A stretch of 51,714 nucleotides of DNA, taken from positions 1 through 51,714 of IMG/VR virus record IMGVR_UViG_3300021389_000035; one strand, written 5' to 3'. Of this stretch, positions 44,884-51,714 are shown in pieces. A model generated the notes under the pieces. That model had not been told where the DNA came from. It ran no database searches and saw nothing but the letters and a program-made list of their open reading frames with translations. Each line of letters opens with the position of its first letter. The stretch's first letter is position 1. The position numbers and the translations under genes are program-made. The stretch is from a virus.

Positions 44884-46185
44884 ATGATAGGTTTTGACAC
44901 CTTTTTATCTGAGGCATCATTAACTTTCGGAGAAATTACTCGTGAGGATAGACCTGATCGAGTAGATATTTTTCTTCGCAAGTATAAAGGTAATGAACCA
45001 TTCGAATTGGTCGGTGGTGACCAAGTAGTCTTTAAGTATAATGCGGAGATTGAGAAAGCTGTTAAATCAGGAAACTCTAAACTCGCACAGTCAATTGGAC
45101 TCGAAACCCTAGATGGAACTAAACTCGCATTCGGTAAGTTATCTAAGACTGCCGAATTCGGGGGTGGTCGTGGTTCGGGTGGTGGTGCAGCCAACACTCG
45201 TGCAACTGAATCTGCACAATGTGTTTATCTGCAAGCAATCTGGGATAACCGGACAACTCAATTCGCTGCGGATGATATACGTAACGCATATCCCAAAACG
45301 CACACAGATGCGTCTCTAGAAGAAGTACTTCTGGGTGATGAAGGATGGATCTCCTCTTCCATTACTGCCGCAAAACTTCTACATAAAGCTCTAGGTAAAA
45401 AACAATACAGTTTCCATCGTGGATCTGGTTGGGTTGAGATATTAGAGAAGAAGTTTAAAGAGTTGAATCGCATCGAGAAAGCATTCGGTAATGTCAACAA
45501 ATGGTCTCCTGCGGACATCTACATGGTCGCAAAGGGTGCAGAGAACAAGTATGATATAGAAGGTGCAAAGTCTCTGGAATACCTGAACAACGAATTGATG
45601 AAGGCATACACTGCACGTGACATCATTGGTGTGTCGTTGAAAAAAGTGGTAGGTAACAAGGCCAGACTGTCTCAAGTTAACTATAAGAAACCATTCAAAG
45701 GTGCGAAGTTCACCAAGTCATCTTATGGTAAGAGAGATTTCTTCAAGTCTAAAGATGGTTACTTGTTTGGTGCCGGTGGTCTTGAGATGCAGTTCCGAAC
45801 CTTCCCCACATTCCAGTGTGAGATTATCGGTAAGGCTGCTAAACACGGTAAGGTATCTCATGGTGGTATTGATGCAGCTCTCTATGCCACAAATCGGGAT
45901 AAGACCGATAATCGTAAAGAACTTGAATCATTTATAAAGAAAGATCGGGATTCATTCCTAGATAAGTTCTATGGGTTCTATGATGGTGCAGTAAATAGTC
46001 CGGTAGACAAAGAAACCTTTAAAAAGAATCTGGAAGGTGTGACAACCGAATGGTTAGTCTCCAAGTACTATGTAACTTCTATTTTCGTAATGATAAAAGG
46101 TAGAGAACAACAATTCATGGATTATTTATTCCGTGTAGCAAAATCACAAAGTCCGTTATCTGCGGTTCACTTAAAGGTAAAATAA
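44884..46185 (+). CDS. conserved T4-like marine phage protein with capsid-targeting-like N-terminus
   Basis: MIGFDTFLSEASL...; late promoter upstream; G-rich GGGRGSGGGAANTRATESAQ. Confidence 0.6.
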   Translation: MIGFDTFLSEASLTFGEITREDRPDRVDIFLRKYKGNEPFELVGGDQVVFKYNAEIEKAVKSGNSKLAQSIGLETLDGTKLAFGKLSKTAEFGGGRGSGGGAANTRATESAQCVYLQAIWDNRTTQFAADDIRNAYPKTHTDASLEEVLLGDEGWISSSITAAKLLHKALGKKQYSFHRGSGWVEILEKKFKELNRIEKAFGNVNKWSPADIYMVAKGAENKYDIEGAKSLEYLNNELMKAYTARDIIGVSLKKVVGNKARLSQVNYKKPFKGAKFTKSSYGKRDFFKSKDGYLFGAGGLEMQFRTFPTFQCEIIGKAAKHGKVSHGGIDAALYATNRDKTDNRKELESFIKKDRDSFLDKFYGFYDGAVNSPVDKETFKKNLEGVTTEWLVSKYYVTSIFVMIKGREQQFMDYLFRVAKSQSPLSAVHLKVK

Positions 46186-46186
46186 A

Positions 46187-46906
46187 ATGGCAATATCACG
46201 ATATATGGAGGGAGACAACGGCATCAATATTGCTCGTGGTCTTGTTCTCGATACAACATACGAACATAAATTTGGTGCGGTACTTTCAATGTCAGTCTCT
46301 GAGACCGGAACTGTTTGGGATGTCGATGATGCCCTATACCCTTGGTCTGCATTTGATACTGCCGGAGTTTTGACTATCCCCGCAGTGAATGTTTCGGACA
46401 ATGGTGGAACGGTAACTGTGACTGGTTTAGATGCGAACTACGATGTGATAAGTGAAGAGTTCGTAGTATCCAGTTCAGGAACAACCACCGGCACCAAAAC
46501 ATTCAAACGTGTGGTTCGTGCATTCTTTACTGATGGTACATCTAACGTTGGTGATATAACTATTCAACGTGGTGGTACGACTATCGCATTGATCAGAGCA
46601 GGTCAGGCACAAACACTCATGGCGATATTTACTGTCCCTGAAGGACACACTGCATATATGTCTAAAATCAGTATGAGTATCGAGGCCGGTGGTGATGCGA
46701 GTGGTAACATGTATTCTAGAATTCCTGCCCAAACATCATTTCGTATTAAACATACCTTCGAGATCGGAGATGGTGGTCATTACCTATATGACTTCACGGT
46801 TCCATTGAAATTCGATGCAAGGACAGATATTGATGTTAGATGTAGTATGCGAACTAACAATTCTCGTGCTTCTGCTGCGTTCGACATGATTCTAATTAAG
46901 GATTAA
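46187..46906 (+). CDS. putative virion structural protein
   Basis: Beta-rich 239 aa; position in late cluster. Confidence 0.5.
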   Translation: MAISRYMEGDNGINIARGLVLDTTYEHKFGAVLSMSVSETGTVWDVDDALYPWSAFDTAGVLTIPAVNVSDNGGTVTVTGLDANYDVISEEFVVSSSGTTTGTKTFKRVVRAFFTDGTSNVGDITIQRGGTTIALIRAGQAQTLMAIFTVPEGHTAYMSKISMSIEAGGDASGNMYSRIPAQTSFRIKHTFEIGDGGHYLYDFTVPLKFDARTDIDVRCSMRTNNSRASAAFDMILIKD

Positions 46907-46907
46907 T

Positions 46908-48125
46908 ATGAAATTTGTAGATTTTATAACCGAATCCAAGAACACCCATATGACGCATATCGAAGATAAAGTCATCTATGGTGGTGTTAATGGTACACGT
47001 CAAGCAATATTTGCATTACGTGAATTGCGTGATATGCTTGCGGGTAAAGGTACTGCGGGACTGTCCACTAAGTGGGATGGTGCACCTGCTATCTTCTGCG
47101 GTCAAGATCCTACGGATGGTAAGTTCTTTGTGGCGAAGAAAGGTATCTTCAACAAGAACCCCAAGGTCTACAAAACCGATGCAGATGTTGAAGCAGATAC
47201 TTCTGGTGACCTCGCAGAGAAACTCAAAGATGCATTGAAGTATCTACCTGAACTTGGTATCAAAGGAGTCATCCAAGGGGACTTCCTATTTGGTCGAGGT
47301 GATCTGGGTAAGAAGAAAATTGATGGTGTGCAGTATACTACATTCCATCCCAATACTATCGTATATGCAATACCATTCGAACAGTCGAAGGAAGTACGTG
47401 CTGCAAAAATCGGTATAGTGTGGCACACTACATATAAGGGTAAAACATTTGAAACGATGACTGCATCCTTCGGAGTAGATGTTTCCAAACTTAAAAAATC
47501 TAAAAACGTATGGTCACAAGATGCAATGTTGCGATCTGTAGATGCAACAATGACCGAAAAAGAAACGGAGCAAGTAAATGAATATCTTTCAAAAGCTGGT
47601 AAACTTTTTAACCAGATCAGCGGAACAACCCTCAGAACCCTTGAAGGAAACCCCGTCCTCGCCGGAACAATCGAAACCTTCAACAACACCTACGTCCGAA
47701 AAGGTCAAACGCCCGGCGACTCGAAAAAGCACGCCCAAGCCCTCATCAAGTACATCCAAGACAAGTACCAAAAAGAAATCGACAAACGCAAAACCGAGAA
47801 AGGCAAGAGCGCCCAAGTCGAAAAGCGAGACGAAATCTTAAAGTTTTTCTCTCCGAAGAATCTAGAATCTCTAGAAAAGATGTTCGATTTGCAGAAAATG
47901 ATTGTACTTGCGAAACTAAAACTTATAAATAAACTTAATAGTTTAAAGAAAATTGACACATTCGTTCAAACCAAAACGGGTTACAAAGTAACTGGTGAAG
48001 AAGGTTATGTAGCAATTGACAAACTTGGTGGTGACGCAGTGAAACTTGTTGATCGTATGGAATTTTCATACAACAACTTTTCACCCGATATATTAAAGGG
48101 CTGGGACAAACCTAGTCGTAATTAA
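46908..48125 (+). CDS. nucleotidyltransferase/ligase-fold-like protein (KxDG motif; DUF6267-like)
   Basis: LSTKWDGAPAIFCG (KxDG), GKFFVAKKG, GVIQGDFLF; N-terminus MKFVDFITESK. Confidence 0.55.
   Translation: MKFVDFITESKNTHMTHIEDKVIYGGVNGTRQAIFALRELRDMLAGKGTAGLSTKWDGAPAIFCGQDPTDGKFFVAKKGIFNKNPKVYKTDADVEADTSGDLAEKLKDALKYLPELGIKGVIQGDFLFGRGDLGKKKIDGVQYTTFHPNTIVYAIPFEQSKEVRAAKIGIVWHTTYKGKTFETMTASFGVDVSKLKKSKNVWSQDAMLRSVDATMTEKETEQVNEYLSKAGKLFNQISGTTLRTLEGNPVLAGTIETFNNTYVRKGQTPGDSKKHAQALIKYIQDKYQKEIDKRKTEKGKSAQVEKRDEILKFFSPKNLESLEKMFDLQKMIVLAKLKLINKLNSLKKIDTFVQTKTGYKVTGEEGYVAIDKLGGDAVKLVDRMEFSYNNFSPDILKGWDKPSRN
47578..47841 (+). CDS. candidate overprinted basic protein (87 aa), +1 frame inside 46908..48125
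   Basis: GGAG at 47567-47570 with 7 nt spacing to ATG; lysine/serine/proline-rich histone-tail-like C-terminus. Confidence 0.45.
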   Translation: MNIFQKLVNFLTRSAEQPSEPLKETPSSPEQSKPSTTPTSEKVKRPATRKSTPKPSSSTSKTSTKKKSTNAKPRKARAPKSKSETKS

Positions 48126-48149
48126 TGGGATAAACCAGAGGAAAACAAA

Positions 48150-48617
48150 GTGGCAAAGAAACCGCTTAGATTCAAAGATTTTACATCTGTAGATTACACT
48201 CAGTCGGGTGATGATCAACTTGCGCACAATGCTAAGAAACGCAAGAAAGATATACCTACCGGAAATACCGGAGAAGAAGTAGAGAACGAAGCACTAGACA
48301 TGACCCAACGTCTTGCACGTGGTCGCATGTTTAAAAAGAACAAGGCCAAGATTGCAATGGGTCGCAAACGTGCTCAACGTAAGATTGCCTCTATGGACAC
48401 TCTGAAGAAACGTGCACGAAAGGCTGCACGTAATATCCTACTCAAGAAACTTACCAAAGATACACCCAAAGGTGAACTCTCATTGTCACGTAGACAGGAC
48501 ATAGAGAAGAGACTCGAAAAGAAGAAACCGGTTATCGATAAGTTATCTCGTAAACTACTACCCCAAGTACGTAAAAAAGAAATGGAACGTAAGAAGGGTG
48601 GTAAAAGTGCCGATTAA
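48150..48617 (+). CDS. conserved basic phage protein
   Basis: 155 aa Lys/Arg-rich ORF. Confidence 0.6.
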   Translation: MAKKPLRFKDFTSVDYTQSGDDQLAHNAKKRKKDIPTGNTGEEVENEALDMTQRLARGRMFKKNKAKIAMGRKRAQRKIASMDTLKKRARKAARNILLKKLTKDTPKGELSLSRRQDIEKRLEKKKPVIDKLSRKLLPQVRKKEMERKKGGKSAD

Positions 48618-50364
48618 GAATTTTACTCAATACCTGATCGAAGAAGATCGTGAAGTTTATTTTACCTTTGGTAGAATGAATCCTCCTACTATTGGTCACG
48701 GTAAAGTGATGGATGTACTTGCCAAGAAGTCTGGTAAATCAGACTATAAAGTATATGTCTCACAATCACAGAATCCCAAGAAAGATCCCCTATCCTACAC
48801 AGATAAAGTGAAACATGTACGTAAGATGTTTCCTAAACATGCACGTCAAGTAATGTTAGATAAGGATGTCAAGTCCGTATTTGATATTGCAGTAAAACTA
48901 TACGATCAAGGTTATACTAAGATCAACATGGTTGTTGGTGCAGACCGTATACGTGAGTTCGATGTATTGTTGAATAAGTACAACGGTACAAAGGCACGTC
49001 ATGGTTTCTACAATTTCAAGAAAATCAACATTGTCTCTGCGGGTGAACGTGATCCTGATGCGACTGGTGTTGAAGGTATGTCTGCGTCTAAACAACGTGA
49101 GAATGCAGCAAAGAATGACTTCGTTACATTTGCACAAGGTGTACCGAAAGGAATGTCTGATAAAGATACACGGAAGTTGTTCAATGATGTTCGGAAAGGA
49201 ATGGGTCTCAAGGAAGAGCTTGAATTCAAGAATCACATTGAACTAGAAACTGTTTCTGAAACAAGAGAACAGTATGTTCAAGGTGAATTGTTTAAAGTAG
49301 GTGACACTGTTGTTATCAAAGAAAGCGATGAAATAGGAACTGTATCTGTATTGGGTGCTAACTATGTTATCGTGGAAACAGATAACGGTAAGTTGCGCAA
49401 ATGGTTAGATGCTGTAGAACTACTAGAGAAACAAGACTCAGATATCAAAGATCGTAAAGGTACACAACCTGCACGTTATCACTCGGGACTGAAGAAGTCC
49501 ACCAAAGTTGCACGTGATGCACACTTCAAGAAACACGGTAAGAAAGCAGACGATGATGACTCTGCATACAAACCCGCTCCAGGCGATGCAACAGCAAAGA
49601 CCAAACCTTCTAAGTACACCAAACAGTTCAAAGACATGTATGAAGAAGTATCTCAGAAAGAACTCAATGACCTTGAAAAGTTTGCTGACCGACTACTGAA
49701 CAAGTTTGATGTGGATATCGAATTTACTCGTCACTTCAAAGACCGTATGAATGACAAACGAAACAAACCTGCTATTAGTGTTGACGAGTTAGAACGTCTG
49801 TTCAAGAAGATGGCTGATAACAAGGGTAAGAAGATCAAGAAGTATGGTAACAAGGAAGCAATCCTGAAGGATATGCAGTCTGACCTGAACCTACCTGTAG
49901 TTATCAACTGGAAGAACGGCGAGTTCGAAGTTGTTAACAAAACAATTATGCGTAAGAAAGCATTCAAGTCACCTGATCCCGAACTGAAGTATGAGTCTGT
50001 CGAAGAAGATATGACTCCTCGTTGGATGAAGGATATGATCGGGTCTAAACTCAGTCCTAAAAAATACCAACATGCACTGGATGTTCTTAGTAAGATCATT
50101 GACCGTAAGAAGAAAGAAACCGGTGGTAACCTTAGACACGGTGTTGTTTATTATGCTGGTCAGGTTGCAAAACAGTATGACGGTGTTGATGCTAGGAATC
50201 TCGCTAAAGCATATGAGAAGAGTGTTAAAGAAGCGACTGATCCTGTAGATGCTGCCTCTCAGAAGATTGAACGTGAGAAAGAGACTGATAAGAAGAAACA
50301 CGACCGTATTCTAGACCGTGCAAGACTCGCTCGCGCAAGACAAAAGAATAGGCAAACTAAATGA
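48607..50364 (+). CDS. nucleotidyltransferase (HxGH-type) with long C-terminal extension
   Basis: FTFGRMNPPTIGHGKVM, VVGADRIREF, GMSASKQRENA. Probable GTG start at 48607 giving MPIKNFTQYLIEED. Confidence 0.75.
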   Translation: MPIKNFTQYLIEEDREVYFTFGRMNPPTIGHGKVMDVLAKKSGKSDYKVYVSQSQNPKKDPLSYTDKVKHVRKMFPKHARQVMLDKDVKSVFDIAVKLYDQGYTKINMVVGADRIREFDVLLNKYNGTKARHGFYNFKKINIVSAGERDPDATGVEGMSASKQRENAAKNDFVTFAQGVPKGMSDKDTRKLFNDVRKGMGLKEELEFKNHIELETVSETREQYVQGELFKVGDTVVIKESDEIGTVSVLGANYVIVETDNGKLRKWLDAVELLEKQDSDIKDRKGTQPARYHSGLKKSTKVARDAHFKKHGKKADDDDSAYKPAPGDATAKTKPSKYTKQFKDMYEEVSQKELNDLEKFADRLLNKFDVDIEFTRHFKDRMNDKRNKPAISVDELERLFKKMADNKGKKIKKYGNKEAILKDMQSDLNLPVVINWKNGEFEVVNKTIMRKKAFKSPDPELKYESVEEDMTPRWMKDMIGSKLSPKKYQHALDVLSKIIDRKKKETGGNLRHGVVYYAGQVAKQYDGVDARNLAKAYEKSVKEATDPVDAASQKIEREKETDKKKHDRILDRARLARARQKNRQTK

Positions 50365-50633
50365 TTAATTTTAAAAAATACCTTGCCGAAGGGCGGTATT
50401 CAGTGTATGATACACTTGACGTTAAAGAAGGATCGGATGGCATTGCAGCTAAGTCAAAGAAGTCTGGTATCTCGGTAGATACACTGAAGAAAGTATATAA
50501 CCGTGGTGTTGCTGCATGGAAGACGGGTCACCGTCCCGGCACTACCCCGCAACAATGGGGACACGCAAGAGTCAATGCGTTCATCGTCAAAAAGAAGAAA
50601 GGCAATTTAAACCACGATAAGGATCTTGCATAA
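50361..50633 (+). CDS. conserved T4-like marine phage protein (DUF5824-like)
   Basis: MINFKKYLAEGRYSV...AAWKTGHRPGTTPQQWGHARVNAFI. Confidence 0.65.
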   Translation: MINFKKYLAEGRYSVYDTLDVKEGSDGIAAKSKKSGISVDTLKKVYNRGVAAWKTGHRPGTTPQQWGHARVNAFIVKKKKGNLNHDKDLA

Positions 50634-50634
50634 T

Positions 50635-50952
50635 ATGAAAACATTTCAACAAATCAGAGAGAAACGCGAATTAGTCACTTTAGGTGGAACATCTAAAACA
50701 AGTGGTGAATACTATATGGGTGATGAGGGTATCAAGAAATTGGTTGACCTATCTAAAAAGAATCCCAATATCGAGTACACTGTTAAGTCAGATAACTACG
50801 GTGACTTCAAAGCACACTGGTTGAAGAACGGTAAGTTCGCAAAACAAACTGTTGCCAATATTAACTACGATATGGATAAACATAAAGTACGTGGTGTACC
50901 GAAAGGTAAGACTGTCAAGGACACTATATTTGTGGTGAGGTACACTAAGTGA
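50635..50952 (+). CDS. hypothetical protein
   Basis: MKTFQQIREKRELVTLGG... Confidence 0.55.
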   Translation: MKTFQQIREKRELVTLGGTSKTSGEYYMGDEGIKKLVDLSKKNPNIEYTVKSDNYGDFKAHWLKNGKFAKQTVANINYDMDKHKVRGVPKGKTVKDTIFVVRYTK

Positions 50953-51714
50953 AGTCGTTTAAAGAATTGAGAGAGAAGACTCTCACTGCCGCAGAGAAAA
51001 AGAAACGGGAAGAGATTGCAAAGGCAATTGAGAAAGATGAACCTGATATGCCAATGGACAAGAAGATGGCAATCGCAACTGCGCAAGCAAAGAAAGTTGC
51101 GGAAGGTGCTGAGAAGTACACCGTCAAGAAAGGTAACATGACCCGTAAGGTCGATGGTGCGACTGCCGACAAGATGAAACGACAAGGTTGGAAGTTGATT
51201 GCGACCGAAGGACTTGATGAAGGTGCGATGTCTGACTTCCATCTGATGGTTCAAGAGAAGGTACCTGCTGCGCAGATTGCTAAGGAACTTGGACTTGACC
51301 TCAAGACCGTGAAGAAACTGATGAAAGATATGAAAGAGTCGGTTGAACTTGAAGAGAAGATGAAAGATAAACCATACGAAAAACAAATTGGTATGGGTGA
51401 TTCTCGTAGCGAAAAAGAAATTCGTGATCAGATTAGTGGTTTGAGCGATGGCACATTAAAGAAATGGGCAAGTAAACCAGCAGGACGTTTTGGTTCTAAG
51501 ATTGCTAAATTACAAGATAAAGTGGTCGCTGCCGAGATGAAAAAGCGTGGTCTTAAAGAATCTGTCGAAGAAGCACGTAAAGACTCGTCTGCCGATTTAT
51601 ACTTCAACACATACTCTGCCGCAGTACAACACGCAAAAGCACAAGCAGAGAAGAAAGGTTTTGAGGTAGTAGAAGACGATTGGTTCAACCAAGTAACTAC
51701 GGGTAAAGGTAAAC
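50949..51714 (+). CDS. hypothetical protein, truncated at window end
   Basis: GTG start (MKSFKELREKTLTAAEKKKREE...), no stop before the window end; absent from the ORF track for that reason. Confidence 0.6.
   Translation, partial: MKSFKELREKTLTAAEKKKREEIAKAIEKDEPDMPMDKKMAIATAQAKKVAEGAEKYTVKKGNMTRKVDGATADKMKRQGWKLIATEGLDEGAMSDFHLMVQEKVPAAQIAKELGLDLKTVKKLMKDMKESVELEEKMKDKPYEKQIGMGDSRSEKEIRDQISGLSDGTLKKWASKPAGRFGSKIAKLQDKVVAAEMKKRGLKESVEEARKDSSADLYFNTYSAAVQHAKAQAEKKGFEVVEDDWFNQVTTGKGK

Overview
The window is a contiguous + strand block of a T4-like (Tevenvirinae-type, probably marine) myovirus genome. I assigned products from remembered family motifs, not from database searches. The left ~29 kb is the T4 core replication/recombination/transcription cassette: uvsY (3' end), uvsW, gp55, gp47, gp46, gp45, gp44, gp62, regA, gp43, uvsX, gp41, dsbA. 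It is interleaved with accessory genes: a TagD-like cytidylyltransferase, two tRNAs, a peroxiredoxin, MazG-like, dCMP deaminase, sulfotransferase, cupin/2OG-type oxygenases, glycosyltransferases, a DUF262-HNH nuclease, an AEP-primase-like protein, UDP-sugar epimerase and dehydrogenase, ThyX, and an SGNH-like tandem pair. A late-type promoter (TATAAATA) then precedes a block of six exported or membrane proteins (29.5-32.8 kb). Next is a dense block of small early-type genes (32.8-44.8 kb) with repeated promoter modules, tandem duplications, a G-D-V solenoid repeat pair, two zincin-like proteins and a PurD-like ATP-grasp protein. The right end (44.8 kb on) is a virion/head-type cluster. Several of its proteins start with a peptide resembling the T4 internal-protein capsid-targeting sequence (MKTYQEFIAEA), and one CDS contains a basic, histone-tail-like overprinted ORF with its own Shine-Dalgarno. 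The most interesting candidates are the capsid-targeting-like tag cluster, the overprinted ORF, the exported-protein operon, the ATP-grasp gene and the GDV repeat proteins.
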